From Humibacter sp. (GTDB taxonomy: Bacteria; Actinomycetota; Actinomycetes; Actinomycetales; Microbacteriaceae): a DNA stretch of 64,000 nt. The position numbers were made by a program, and so were the translations under genes. The notes beneath the pieces were generated by a model. That model was not told where the DNA came from. It did not search any database and worked only from the letters and a program-made list of their open reading frames with translations. Below, piece after piece: positions 18,093 to 28,466 of this stretch (position 1 is its first letter; each line of letters begins with the position of its first letter). Where the stretch lies: contig NZ_JBQCIE010000092.1 of assembly GCF_051954055.1 (NCBI RefSeq), positions 152,686 to 216,685 of the forward strand, given 5' to 3'.

Positions 18093-18899
18093 GTGTTCCA
18101 CACCGCACTCATACCGTGGCTCGACCCGAACGTCATCATCCACTCGGTCGGCCCATGGGCGCTGCTGGTCGTGTGCGGGATCATCTTCGCCGAGACCGGG
18201 CTGCTGGTGGGATTCATCCTTCCTGGCGACACGCTTCTGGTGATCAGCGGCATCCTGACGTTCACCAAGATGGTCTACGGCCTGCCGATCTGGTGGGTCT
18301 GCCTCTTCATCGCCATCGCCGCATTCGTCGGCGGGGAAGTCGGCTACCTGATCGGTCACAAAGCCGGGCCGAGCATCTTCGAACGCAAGGAGAGCGGCCT
18401 CTTCAGCATCGAGAACGTGAAGCGAACGAATCGGTTCTTCGAACGGTTCGGACCGTTCGCGATCATTCTGGCGCGCTTCGTGCCGGTCGTGCGAACGTTC
18501 GCGCCTGTCGCCGCAGGCGTAGGGCACATGAGCTATCGCCGCTACACGCTCTACAACGCCATCGGTGCATTCCTCTGGGGCGCGGGGCTCACGCTGTTCG
18601 GATGGCTGCTCGGCTTCATTCCACCGGTCGCGCATTTCGTCGAGCACTACATCGACATGATCCTGATCCTCGCCGTGGTCGTGACCGTCGTTCCCGCCCT
18701 GGTGCACTACCTGCTGGGCGTGCGCAAGTCGCGCAGACTGGCCAAGGCGGAGGCTGCAGGGGCGACGGATGCTGCCCCTGCGGCATCCGAATCGGCGGAT
18801 GTCTCGAAGCCGGCTTCGTCCGCGAAGCAGCGCTCGGGCGAGCCGGAGGTCTTCGGCGGATCGCAGCGCAACTCGAGAACCCCCAGCGGCGCGGAGTAA
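18093..18899 (+). CDS. DedA/VTT-family membrane protein
   Basis: GTG 18093 is preceded by aggag. Motifs FAETGLLVGFILPGDTLL, GYLIGHKAGP and ARFVPVVRTFAPVAAG are the DedA signature. The C-terminal ~55 aa are Ala/Ser-rich. Confidence 0.85.
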   Translation: MFHTALIPWLDPNVIIHSVGPWALLVVCGIIFAETGLLVGFILPGDTLLVISGILTFTKMVYGLPIWWVCLFIAIAAFVGGEVGYLIGHKAGPSIFERKESGLFSIENVKRTNRFFERFGPFAIILARFVPVVRTFAPVAAGVGHMSYRRYTLYNAIGAFLWGAGLTLFGWLLGFIPPVAHFVEHYIDMILILAVVVTVVPALVHYLLGVRKSRRLAKAEAAGATDAAPAASESADVSKPASSAKQRSGEPEVFGGSQRNSRTPSGAE

Positions 18900-18932
18900 C
18901 CGCGACTCCTCGCGCTCGGGGTGCGATCGGCG

Positions 18933-19853
18933 TCAGCGGTGCGTGTCGCCCTCGTGCTCCGCGTGTTCGGCCGGTTCGAGCTGGAAGGTCGAGTGCGCCA
19001 CGTCGAAGTGCTCGCTCAGGCATCCGCCCAACTCGTCGAGGAGGGCACCGGCCCGACCGTGCGCGAAAACGGTGGGCGATACGACGACGTGCGCTGAGAA
19101 CACCGGAGCGCCCGACGTGATGGCCCACACGTGCACGTCGTGCACGGCCACAACCCCCTCGGCGCCGAGGATGTGCTTGCGGATCTCGGCCACGTCAGTC
19201 GACACGGGCGCCGACTCGCTGAGCACGCGAACCACCTCACGCAGCAGGCTGAGCGCGCGAGGAACGATGAGCACGGCGATGACGAGCGACGCAATCGCGT
19301 CGGCCCACCCGATGCCGGTCGTCAGGATGACCACGGCGGCCGCGATCGTGGCCAGTGACCCCAGGGTGTCGCCGAGCACTTCGAGATAGGCGCCGCGCAT
19401 GTTGATGGATGCCTTCGCCCCGCCGCGCAGCACCAGCAGTCCCGCTACATTGCCGGCCAGCCCGATCACGGCGACCACGAGCATCCAGCCGCCCTGCACC
19501 TCCGGATGCCCGCCCAAACGGAACGCCGCCCCGATCGCCACCGACACGGCGACGCCGATCAGGATGAGGGAGTTCACGAGGGCACCGAACACTTCGACCC
19601 GTTGGAAACCGAACGTCTGACGATCGGTGGCGGGCCGGGCGGCGACCGTGGCCGCGACGAGTGCCACGATCAGCCCGACCAGGTCACTGACGAGGTGCCC
19701 GGCATCGGCGAGCAGCGCGAGCGATCCGCTGAGCAACGCACCGACGATCTCGAGAACGAAGACGCCGAGGACGATCACGATGACCACCACCAGCCTGCGC
19801 CTGCTGGATGCATGAGCGCCGTGGTCGTGGCCGTGATCGTGAGAATGCGACAT
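18933..19853 (-). CDS. cation diffusion facilitator (CzcD/ZitB-like) metal efflux transporter
   Basis: His-rich N-terminus MSHSHDHGHDHG, LLADAGHLVSD in TM2, six TM helices and a C-terminal cytoplasmic domain ending in a His/Glu-rich tail. Confidence 0.9.
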   Translation of the reverse strand: MSHSHDHGHDHGAHASSRRRLVVVIVIVLGVFVLEIVGALLSGSLALLADAGHLVSDLVGLIVALVAATVAARPATDRQTFGFQRVEVFGALVNSLILIGVAVSVAIGAAFRLGGHPEVQGGWMLVVAVIGLAGNVAGLLVLRGGAKASINMRGAYLEVLGDTLGSLATIAAAVVILTTGIGWADAIASLVIAVLIVPRALSLLREVVRVLSESAPVSTDVAEIRKHILGAEGVVAVHDVHVWAITSGAPVFSAHVVVSPTVFAHGRAGALLDELGGCLSEHFDVAHSTFQLEPAEHAEHEGDTHR

Positions 19854-19896
19854 GTCTCTTCAAGGGTAGGCGTGGCCGCGGAGCGCAGACCCGGGA

Positions 19897-20553
19897 CTAC
19901 TCCCCCACGAGCAGGTCGTGAAGCACCGGAACCATGGCGCGGAACGCACGCGCGCGGTGGCTGTCCGCGTTCTTCACCTCGGGGTCGAGCTCGGCCGCGG
20001 TGAGCGGCGAGCCGTCGGGGATGAACGCGGGGTCGTAGCCGAACCCGTTGGTGCCGCGCGGTTCGCGCGCGAGCGTACCGTCCCACTCCCCCTCCACCGT
20101 GCGCTCATCCGCCGACCGACCATCGGCGGCGGGCCGAACGAGTGCGATGGCGCACGTGTAATGCGCGCCACGGTGCCGGTCGGGCACGTCGGCCACCTGG
20201 CCGAGGAGTAGGGTCAGGTTTCCGGCGTCGTCGCCGTGCTTGCCGCTCCAGCGTGCGGAGAAGACACCCGGCGCGCCGCCGAGCACGTCGACGCAGATGC
20301 CCGAGTCGTCGGCGAGCGCGACGAGACCCGTATGCTCAGCGGCGACACGCGCCTTGATCAACGCATTCTCGGCGAACGTCACACCGTCTTCGACCGGCTC
20401 CGGCCCGTCGTATTCCACCAGCTCGACCTCGGGCATCCGCTGCGCGATGATCGCTGCGAACTCCTCGAGCTTGTGCTTGTTGTGCGTTGCGAGCACGACA
20501 CGAACCCGCGCGGAATCATCGGCTTGGATGCCCGCCTGCGCCACCTGGTTCAC
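19897..20553 (-). CDS. rdgB: non-canonical purine NTP pyrophosphatase (RdgB/HAM1)
   Basis: Motifs [43 protein letters not shown] overlap with the rph stop. Confidence 0.9.
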   Translation of the reverse strand: MNQVAQAGIQADDSARVRVVLATHNKHKLEEFAAIIAQRMPEVELVEYDGPEPVEDGVTFAENALIKARVAAEHTGLVALADDSGICVDVLGGAPGVFSARWSGKHGDDAGNLTLLLGQVADVPDRHRGAHYTCAIALVRPAADGRSADERTVEGEWDGTLAREPRGTNGFGYDPAFIPDGSPLTAAELDPEVKNADSHRARAFRAMVPVLHDLLVGE

Positions 20554-21320
20554 GACGCGGCCGCGTCGGACTCGCTTTCGGACGCGACCTCGCCGAGCGC
20601 CAGAGACTGGAACGAGGCCAGCTCACGGCATCCGTTCTCCGCCAGGTCGAGCAGCGACCCGAGCTCACGACGATCGAACGGCGCGCCCTCGGCGGTCCCC
20701 TGCACCTCGACGAAGAGACCGCGGCCGGTGACGACGACGTTCATGTCGGTCTCGGCCCGCACGTCTTCGACATATGCCAGATCGAGCATGGGCTCGCCGT
20801 CGATGATCCCGACCGAGACGGCGGAGACGCTGTCGATGAGCGGTGTCGCGCGCTGCCCGATGAATTTGCGCTCCTTGCCCCACGCCAGGGCATCCGCGAG
20901 GGCGACGTACGCGCCGGTGATGGCAGCCGTGCGGGTGCCGCCGTCCGCCTGGAGCACATCGCAGTCGAGCACGATCGTGTTCTCGCCGAGCGCCTTCATG
21001 TCGACCACCGCGCGCAGGCTCCGACCGATCAACCGGCTGATCTCGTGGGTGCGTCCGCCGATGCGTCCCTTCACCGACTCCCGGTCGGTACGCTCGTTGG
21101 TCGAGCGGGGCAGCATCGAGTACTCCGCCGTGACCCAGCCCTTGCCCTTGCCGGTCAACCAGCGGGGCACGCCGTTCGTGAACGATGCTGTGCACAGCAC
21201 GCGGGTGCGCCCGAATGAGATCAGCGCGCTCCCCTCCGCCTGCTCGCTCCAGCCCCGCTCGATGGTGATCGGGCGCAGCTGGTCGGTCGTTCTGCCGTCG
21301 GCTCGGATGGTCTCGCTCAC
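20550..21320 (-). CDS. rph: ribonuclease PH
   Basis: Motifs [58 protein letters not shown]. Confidence 0.95.
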   Translation of the reverse strand: MSETIRADGRTTDQLRPITIERGWSEQAEGSALISFGRTRVLCTASFTNGVPRWLTGKGKGWVTAEYSMLPRSTNERTDRESVKGRIGGRTHEISRLIGRSLRAVVDMKALGENTIVLDCDVLQADGGTRTAAITGAYVALADALAWGKERKFIGQRATPLIDSVSAVSVGIIDGEPMLDLAYVEDVRAETDMNVVVTGRGLFVEVQGTAEGAPFDRRELGSLLDLAENGCRELASFQSLALGEVASESESDAAAS

Positions 21321-21329
21321 CGCTCCACC

Positions 21330-22163
21330 CTATCCGCGAGCGTGGGAGCCGGGCAGGTCGATGGTCCCGGTGCGCACGACGTCGACCGCGCGCACGTCCG
21401 CACCGAGCATGCGGCGTGCGAGCCGCACGAACGCATCGGTGTCGTCACCCGTGGCCTCGTAGCGGATGCTCGGCTCGCTCGCCGCCCTGCGCTCCAGTCC
21501 CTGCGACACCAGCACCCGATACACGTCGTTCGCGGTCTCCACGTCGCTGGAGACGAGTGTCACTCCCTCGCCCATCACGTACGAGATCGCGCCCTTCAGG
21601 AACGGGTAGTGCGTGCATCCGAGCACCAGGGTGTCCACGTGCGCGTCCTGGAGCGAGCCCAGGTACTCGGCTGCGACATCCAGCAGCTCCGGTCCGCTCG
21701 TCACGCCCGATTCCACGAACTCCACGAAACGAGGGCACGCCTGGGTGAAGAGCTGCAGCGAGGGTGCTGCAGCGAAGGCGTCCTCGTACGCCCGGGAGTT
21801 GATCGTGCCGACGGTGCCGATGACACCAACCCGGCCACTGCGCGTTGTGGCGACGGCGCGTCGCACAGCGGGCTGGATGACCTCGACGACCGGCACGTCG
21901 TAGCGTTCGCGCGCATCCCGCAGCATCGCGGAGGACGCCGTGTTGCACGCAATGACCAACATCTTCACGCCCTGCTCGACCAGGAAGTCCAGCGCCTCCA
22001 GCGCGAGAGCACGGACCTGCGCGATCGGCTTCGGACCGTACGGCGAATTCGCCGTGTCTCCCACGTACAGCACCGACTCGTTCGGCAGCTGGTCGCGCAC
22101 GGCGCGGGCAACGGTGAGTCCGCCCACACCTGAATCGAAGATGCCGATCGGAGCGTCTGTCAC
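21330..22163 (-). CDS. murI: glutamate racemase
   Basis: Motifs [28 protein letters not shown]. The start is set at GTG 22163, preceded by tggagga. Confidence 0.9.
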   Translation of the reverse strand: MTDAPIGIFDSGVGGLTVARAVRDQLPNESVLYVGDTANSPYGPKPIAQVRALALEALDFLVEQGVKMLVIACNTASSAMLRDARERYDVPVVEVIQPAVRRAVATTRSGRVGVIGTVGTINSRAYEDAFAAAPSLQLFTQACPRFVEFVESGVTSGPELLDVAAEYLGSLQDAHVDTLVLGCTHYPFLKGAISYVMGEGVTLVSSDVETANDVYRVLVSQGLERRAASEPSIRYEATGDDTDAFVRLARRMLGADVRAVDVVRTGTIDLPGSHARG

Positions 22164-22210
22164 AGTCCTCCAGAATAGGCTGCGCGACCGCCTCCAATAG
22201 GCTGAGGCAC

Positions 22211-23527
22211 GTGACGCCACCGCACGAGCGCCGCTCCTCCGCGCTACTCACGGACCGCTACGAGCTCACGATGCTCGACGCCGCCATGCTCTCCGGCACT
22301 CACGAACGCGAGTGCGTCTTCGAGGTCTTCGCGCGCTCCTTGCCTGGCGGACGACGCTACGGCGTCGTGGCCGGAACCGGGCGCCTGCTCGAGCTCATCG
22401 AACGGTTCAGGTTCGAGGATGCCGAACTCGAGTGGCTGCGCGACAACCGTGTCGTGCGCGACGAGACGCTCGACTGGCTGGCCGACTATCGGTTCAACGG
22501 CACGATTCGCGGCTACCGCGAAGGAGAGCTGTACTTCCCGGGATCGCCGATCCTCGTCGTGGATGCCCCGTTCGGCGAAGGCGTGCTGCTGGAGACGCTG
22601 GCGCTGAGCGTGCTGAACCACGATTCGGCCATCGCCAGCGCCGCCGCACGCATGGTCTCCGCCGCAGGTGGACGCCCGCTCGCCGAGATGGGCTCGCGAC
22701 GCGCGCATGAGGAGGCGGCGATCGCTGCCGCCCGCGCCGCCTACATCGCGGGCTTCAGCTCGACGTCCAACCTCGAGGCAGGTCGCACCTGGGGCATCCC
22801 GACCATGGGCACGGCGGCACACGCCTTCACGCTCCTGCACGACACCGAAGAGGATGCCTTCCGCGCGCAGGTGCGCTCCCTCGGCGCGGGAACAACGCTC
22901 CTCGTCGACACCTACGACGTGCACAAGGCGATCGAGACCGCCGTGCGTGTGGCGGGCACGGAGCTCGGGGCCGTTCGGCTCGACTCGGGCGACCTCCCGG
23001 TGCTCGTCGGGTCCGTGCGTGCCCAGCTCGACGCGCTCGGCGCACGCAAGACGCGCATCACCGTCACGAACGATCTCGACGAGTTCGCGATCGCTGCGCT
23101 GCGGGCTTCGCCCGTCGACTCGTACGGCGTCGGCACGTCGCTCGTGACCGGATCCGGCGCGCCGACGGCCGGCATGGTGTACAAGCTGGTCGCGCGCAAG
23201 GATGCGGCCGGCGCGTGGGTGCCGGTGGCCAAGGCATCCACCGGCAAGGCGTCGATCGGCGGAGCGAAGGTTCCGGTGCGGGCGATCGACAAGCTCGGCG
23301 TGGCCTCAGCCGAGGAGATCCACATGGTGCTGAGCGCGAGCCCGATGCCCACCGGCCGGCACCTGCACGTTCCGCTGATGCGCGATGGGGTCGCCGTGCC
23401 GGAGTATCTCGGCGCGGCAGGCGTCGAGGCGGCGCGACGGCATCACGCCATCGTGCGCGAGGAACTGCCGGAGTCGGCGTTCCGGCTCGGCCGAGGCGAA
23501 CCCGCCCTGCCGACCGAGTACGTGTGA
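22211..23527 (+). CDS. pncB: nicotinate phosphoribosyltransferase
   Basis: 438 aa. [13 protein letters not shown] at the N-terminus, MGTAAHAF, and VRLDSGDL blocks of the NAPRTase family. Confidence 0.9.
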   Translation: MTPPHERRSSALLTDRYELTMLDAAMLSGTHERECVFEVFARSLPGGRRYGVVAGTGRLLELIERFRFEDAELEWLRDNRVVRDETLDWLADYRFNGTIRGYREGELYFPGSPILVVDAPFGEGVLLETLALSVLNHDSAIASAAARMVSAAGGRPLAEMGSRRAHEEAAIAAARAAYIAGFSSTSNLEAGRTWGIPTMGTAAHAFTLLHDTEEDAFRAQVRSLGAGTTLLVDTYDVHKAIETAVRVAGTELGAVRLDSGDLPVLVGSVRAQLDALGARKTRITVTNDLDEFAIAALRASPVDSYGVGTSLVTGSGAPTAGMVYKLVARKDAAGAWVPVAKASTGKASIGGAKVPVRAIDKLGVASAEEIHMVLSASPMPTGRHLHVPLMRDGVAVPEYLGAAGVEAARRHHAIVREELPESAFRLGRGEPALPTEYV

Positions 23528-23531
23528 TGCG

Positions 23532-23825
23532 CTACTCGTCGCTGAGACCGTCGTAGATCTTCTTGCACTCCGGGCAGACCGGGAACTTCTGCGGGTCGCG
23601 GTTGGGCGTCCATTTCTTGCCGCACAGCGCGATGACGGGCTTGCCGGTGACCGCGGATTCCAGGATCTGCTCCTTGCGGACGTAGTGCGAGAAGCGTTCG
23701 TGGTCGCCCGGCTCCATCTGCTCGTTCTGGATCAGCTCCTCGAGCTCGCGGTCGAGGGTAGCCAGGCCGCCACCCTCGGGCGCCGCGCCGGGTCCGCCGG
23801 GTTCTGCGATGCTGTTGTCGACCAT
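23532..23825 (-). CDS. DUF3039-like zinc-ribbon protein
   Basis: ERFSHYVRKEQI... and CGKKWTPNRDPQKFPVCPECKKIY (four Cys). Confidence 0.8.
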   Translation of the reverse strand: MVDNSIAEPGGPGAAPEGGGLATLDRELEELIQNEQMEPGDHERFSHYVRKEQILESAVTGKPVIALCGKKWTPNRDPQKFPVCPECKKIYDGLSDE

Positions 23826-23875
23826 CCGGACAGCTTAATGGAGCGGCCGCGTGTCGTGCGCGACGGATGCGGCAG

Positions 23876-25456
23876 TCAGGCGTTGCGCAGTGCGAACGCC
23901 ATGATCTCGGGTCCTCTGCGGTTGTACGCGAGGGCACCGAGGAGAAGGCCTGCCACGAAGACGGCGACGCCGATCCCGAGTCCCGTCCACAGGCACATCG
24001 TGAACCACTCGGGGCTCTGCACGACGCCGAGCACCATCATGGCGATGGGAACGCCGGCGAACAGCGCGGTCAGCAGCAGGCTCGCGAACTGCGCGAACGT
24101 GGCTGCTCCTCCGGTGTGCTGAGGATGCGCGAACGCGCTGTCACCCGGGCGCGGAGCCGCGTATGGTGCCAGCGCCGACGACACGCTGGAGAGCCCGAGC
24201 CCGGTGAGGACCAGGCAGACGCTCACGCCGGTCACGGCGGGCAGCACGTCCCAGCTGCCGTAGGCGAGAACCGTCAGGATGCTCCCCACCGCTACGACCG
24301 GTACCGCTATGAGGACAACGGGCGCGAGGCGGCCGAGTCGATCCGACACGCCCCGGGTTCCGGACGCGATGTGCAGCCAGACCGCCGTTCCGTCGTAGGC
24401 GATGTCGTTGTGGGCGACCCACCCGACGAACAGGCAGATCACCGGGAGCGGGATGAGCGCGACGTCGTGCGGTCGCACCGCTCCGGAGATGAGCAGCGCG
24501 GCCACCATGATGAGCGGGAACAGCGGAACGAGCACGAGCTGTACCCAGTACCGCGAGTCGCGGCCCCAGTAGGTGAGACTGCGCGCCGCGACGGCGCCCG
24601 CCGGCCCCGCGGGCATCCTGCCGAACCAGCCCAGCCCGACGTAGGTCTTGACCGATACCTGGTGATCGGGCGTGACGACCATGTGTCGCACGAGCGCCCA
24701 CCACGCGCCGGCGATGACCGCCAAGGACACGATGGCGATCAGGAGCTTCAGCACGGCGGCTCCCCACTGCCCGTTCGCCGCGTCACCGCCTACCGACCAA
24801 ACGGCCCCGAGCGGCGTCCAGCTCACCCAATTCGCCGCGGAGTGCACGACGCGTAGTCCGTCCCTGCTCCAGTTCAGCGTCGCCAGGAAGAACGCGACCG
24901 GCAGGAGCATGACAACGATCAGCACGGCGATCGTGGCGCTGAACTCGCGCGCACGCCGCGTCGAGAGCACGAACGCCGCGATGGATGCCGTCAGTCGCGC
25001 AGCGAGCATCCACGTCGGCACGCAGATCACAGCAGCGATCAGGGCGAGCACTGCCGCACCCGCCGACCTCGACCACGTCACCACAGTGAAAAGGGAGCAC
25101 ACGAGGAGAACGAGCGCCGGCACCGACGCCAGCGCGGCCGCACCCAGACCGATCGCGATCTGCCGCGATCCCAGGCCCAGCGTGGCGTATGACCGCGGAT
25201 CGAACGTTCCGTCGTGCCTGCTGAACAGCGGAACGAGCAGGAAGCACAGCGCCACGGCGGCGCCGGCGATCACGAGGATGTCGCGCACGAGTTGCCCGTC
25301 GCTGGCCGTGCGTGCCGAAGCCAGAACCCAGCACACGACGACGGTGACCGCCGCCGTATACAGCAGACCCACGACGAGACCGAAAGCGTGCCAGCCGCCC
25401 CGGCGGAATCCGCTGCCGAGCGACTCGACCTTCAGTCGGAGAAACTGTGCAACCAT
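23876..25456 (-). CDS. polytopic ABC-exporter permease (unclassified)
   Basis: 526 aa, around 12 hydrophobic helices. It overlaps the upstream ATPase gene by 25 nt, implying one operon. No family motif recognised by eye. Confidence 0.65.
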   Translation of the reverse strand: MVAQFLRLKVESLGSGFRRGGWHAFGLVVGLLYTAAVTVVVCWVLASARTASDGQLVRDILVIAGAAVALCFLLVPLFSRHDGTFDPRSYATLGLGSRQIAIGLGAAALASVPALVLLVCSLFTVVTWSRSAGAAVLALIAAVICVPTWMLAARLTASIAAFVLSTRRAREFSATIAVLIVVMLLPVAFFLATLNWSRDGLRVVHSAANWVSWTPLGAVWSVGGDAANGQWGAAVLKLLIAIVSLAVIAGAWWALVRHMVVTPDHQVSVKTYVGLGWFGRMPAGPAGAVAARSLTYWGRDSRYWVQLVLVPLFPLIMVAALLISGAVRPHDVALIPLPVICLFVGWVAHNDIAYDGTAVWLHIASGTRGVSDRLGRLAPVVLIAVPVVAVGSILTVLAYGSWDVLPAVTGVSVCLVLTGLGLSSVSSALAPYAAPRPGDSAFAHPQHTGGAATFAQFASLLLTALFAGVPIAMMVLGVVQSPEWFTMCLWTGLGIGVAVFVAGLLLGALAYNRRGPEIMAFALRNA

Positions 25457-27147
25457 TCGAGCCCCTCCACGGCCTTGCGGCCGCCCGCGAGTTCGATGAA
25501 GTGCTCCTCGAGCGTCTTCTCTCCGCGCACCTCGTCGACGGGCCCGGAATCGAGTACGACGCCGCCGACGATGATCGCGACGCTGTCGCAGATGCGCTGC
25601 ACGAGGTCCATGCCGTGACTAGAGAGCAGCACGGTGCCGCCGGCATCGACGTAGCGCTGCAGGATGCCCGTCACGGTCGCCGCCGACACCGGGTCGACGC
25701 CCTCGAACGGCTCGTCGAGCACCAGGAGCCTCGGCGAGTGGATCATGGCTGCGGCGAGCGACACCTTCTTCGTCATGCCGGCCGAGTAGTCCGCGACCAA
25801 ACGGCCCATCGCGTCTTCGATCCCGAACGCGGCCGCGAGATCTGCGGAGCGCTGACGCGTGGTCGGGGCATCGAGCCCGCGCAGCGTTCCCGCGTAGTAG
25901 AGGAGCTGAGCGCCGGTGAGCTTGTCGAAGGTGCGCAAGTGGTCGGGCAGCACCCCGATGGCGCGTTTCGCCGCGCGCGGGTTCTTTCGGGCATCCACTC
26001 CGTTGACGTAAACGGCTCCGGAGTCGGCGCGAAGCAGGCCAGTGATGATCGACAGCGTGGTCGTCTTTCCGGCACCGTTCGGGCCGACGATCCCGTACAT
26101 CGATCCGGCTCGGATGCTGAGATTCACACCGTCGACCGCGACAACGTCGCCGTACCGCTTGTGCAGGCCGGTCACCGCCAGCACCACAGGCGCCGTCGTC
26201 GGCGGAGCCGGACGCGCCGGTGGGAAGACCCGGGTCTCGGCCGCGCGGCGGGCGCGTGCCGGCTGCACGGTCTCCGGCTCGGCCGCATCCACTGCGGAGA
26301 GGTCGTCCTTGCGCGCCAGGGTTGAGCGATCGACCGTCTCCTGCAGGAACTCGACCTCGGAAGCACTGCCAGTGAGCGCCTCCGCTCGGTCGGCCGGTTC
26401 CGCCTGCTCGATGGCCTGTGCTGCGGGCGGGCTGTCGCTCGCCTCGGTCTCCCGCACGAGTTCGGCCAGCAGGTCGGACCCGTCGTCTTGCGTCTCCTGC
26501 TCGGCCTCGGCGGCCGCTGCTGCTGCAGCCGCTGCACGTCGCCGCCGTCCGAAGAGCGTGATGCGCTGACGCGATCCGGTGTTCTCGTCGACGGTCGCGG
26601 AGTGGACCGGCATCGGCCCGGTGTCGACGTCATCGTGCTCAGACTTCGTGCCGGTCCGCTGCACCGTGTCGGCGACCTCCGTCGCCGTCAGAACGGTGGA
26701 AGTCGTCCCCGCTTCCGGCGGCGCGCCCTCAACCGCCGGGCGTTCGGTCTCGACGCTGGGCGCTTCGGCCCGCGGCGTCGGCTTCGACACGGCGGGCGTA
26801 GCCTCGAGCGGCTTCGGCTCAGATCTCGGGGACAGGGAGGATGCCGCGATGGCGGTTCCCTTCGTCGCGCGAGTCGCTGTGCCGCGAGCGCGGGATGATC
26901 CCCGCGGGCCGCGCGGCGCGGTCGCCGTCACGACGGCAGCCGGCTCGCCGGCAGCGGCATCGGCGACGACGGACGTTCCAGCGGCGGCACCGGTCGCGCG
27001 TGGGCGTCCACTGCGTCGGGCATCCGCCGGCTTGGCGCCGCGAGTGCCGACCACGGGTGCGTCGCTCGATGATCCGGAACCGGAGGAGTCCGTCCCACTC
27101 ACCGTCTGGGCGCCACCCGCGATCGTCGTCTGCGGGTCATCTTGCAC
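25432..27147 (-). CDS. ABC transporter ATP-binding protein with ~315-aa N-terminal disordered extension
   Basis: The C-terminal ~250 aa carry Walker A GPNGAGKTT, signature YSAGMTKK and Walker B LLVLDEP. The N-terminal part is Ala/Thr/Ser/Glu/Pro-rich and includes RRRRAAAAAAAAAE. Third-position GC is high throughout, which supports translation. Confidence 0.85.
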   Translation of the reverse strand: MQDDPQTTIAGGAQTVSGTDSSGSGSSSDAPVVGTRGAKPADARRSGRPRATGAAAGTSVVADAAAGEPAAVVTATAPRGPRGSSRARGTATRATKGTAIAASSLSPRSEPKPLEATPAVSKPTPRAEAPSVETERPAVEGAPPEAGTTSTVLTATEVADTVQRTGTKSEHDDVDTGPMPVHSATVDENTGSRQRITLFGRRRRAAAAAAAAAEAEQETQDDGSDLLAELVRETEASDSPPAAQAIEQAEPADRAEALTGSASEVEFLQETVDRSTLARKDDLSAVDAAEPETVQPARARRAAETRVFPPARPAPPTTAPVVLAVTGLHKRYGDVVAVDGVNLSIRAGSMYGIVGPNGAGKTTTLSIITGLLRADSGAVYVNGVDARKNPRAAKRAIGVLPDHLRTFDKLTGAQLLYYAGTLRGLDAPTTRQRSADLAAAFGIEDAMGRLVADYSAGMTKKVSLAAAMIHSPRLLVLDEPFEGVDPVSAATVTGILQRYVDAGGTVLLSSHGMDLVQRICDSVAIIVGGVVLDSGPVDEVRGEKTLEEHFIELAGGRKAVEGLEWLHSFSD

Positions 27148-27676
27148 GCGCCTTACCCCCGTTACCGTGGTCCCCTCGAACGCTCGAACCGCTGAAATCG
27201 CGGTTTGCGCCGTCCGCCATCGGCACCAGCCGGGGCGCGTCTCCGAGCCGGTGCGCCGACCTGTTAACCCGCCCCATCGGAGCCATCGAATTCCTTACGC
27301 TAACGTACCAATCTTCGTCGGAACACCCCTGGAAGGAACCATCGTTCTGTGCTGCGATGGTGCTGCGCGACAAGGTGTCGCTTCCTGGGACCCGCAAGGA
27401 TTCCGGCACCCGGGCGACATTCGCTTTTCTAAGAGCACTCCCATAAAACGATCACGAAACGGCAACACCCCGCATTTGGGGCCCTTCAGACCGGTAGATT
27501 CGATTTCGGCACAACGCGGTGTCTTTTGCACACACGCATCAGTGACACTTCGGTGAACGGAAGCGGTCGGCACGGAAACGCATCTCAAGATTCACCGCCG
27601 ATCGGCTGTCATCCGCACGTCACACAGTTCAACTCATGGGGGGTCGACTATGCGCACGAATGACAGGAGACGAAAC

Positions 27677-28375
27677 GTGACCAACGCACCGCAGGTCGTG
27701 ATTCTCGCGGCCGGTATGGGCAGTCGGCTCGGGCGTTCGCTGCCGAAGCCGCTGACGGAGCTCAGCGACGGCCGGACGATCATGCAGCAGCAGTTCGACA
27801 ACATCCACGCGGCGTTCGGGCCGAAGGTCAAGGTCACCATCGTCGTCGGCTACAAGCTCGAGCACATCGTCGAGGCGTTCCCCGACGCATCCTTCGTCTA
27901 CAACGAGCAGTACGACCAGACCAACACGTCGAAGAGCCTCATGCGTGCGCTCAAGTCGAGCGGCAATGGTGGCGTGCTCTGGATGAATGGCGACGTCGTC
28001 TTCGATCCGGGCGTGCTCGTGCGTGCCGCCGCCGCGATCGCTCGCGACCAGTCGTTCGTGACGGTGAACACCGCCAAGGTCTCAGACGAAGAGGTCAAGT
28101 ACACCACCGGCGCGGAGGGCTACATCGAGAAGCTGTCGAAGACCGTCAAGGGCGGGCTCGGCGAGGCTGTGGGCATCAACTACGTCTCCAGCCACGACAA
28201 GGCCGCACTGCTGCACCACCTGCAGCGCGTCGATGACCAGGACTACTTCGAGCGCGGTCTGGAGCTGGCCATCCAACACGACGGGATGCTCGTGGAGCCC
28301 ATCGACATCTCCGACCTGTACGCGGTCGAGATCGACTTCGCTGAAGACCTGGAGCGCGCGAACCTCTTCGTGTGA
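27677..28375 (+). CDS. sugar/alcohol-phosphate nucleotidyltransferase (LicC / phosphocholine-cytidylyltransferase-like)
   Basis: VVILAAGMGSRLGRSLPKPL NTP-binding loop and WMNGDVVFD. The start is set at GTG 27677 (acaggagacgaaac upstream); the track start ATG 27650 is also possible. Confidence 0.75.
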   Translation: MTNAPQVVILAAGMGSRLGRSLPKPLTELSDGRTIMQQQFDNIHAAFGPKVKVTIVVGYKLEHIVEAFPDASFVYNEQYDQTNTSKSLMRALKSSGNGGVLWMNGDVVFDPGVLVRAAAAIARDQSFVTVNTAKVSDEEVKYTTGAEGYIEKLSKTVKGGLGEAVGINYVSSHDKAALLHHLQRVDDQDYFERGLELAIQHDGMLVEPIDISDLYAVEIDFAEDLERANLFV

Positions 28376-28466
28376 GCCGGCTTCACCAACGTTTGACGGA
28401 TGCCGTCGACCCGCTCGGTCGGCGGCATCCGTCTTCTGCTCAGCCGGTCGTCGCTACGATCGTGGG

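Noticed and set aside
27638-27643. G6 homopolymer just upstream of the nucleotidyltransferase gene as a phase-variation tract.
   Set aside because: It is too short for efficient slippage, and G/C runs of this length are common in this GC-rich sequence.
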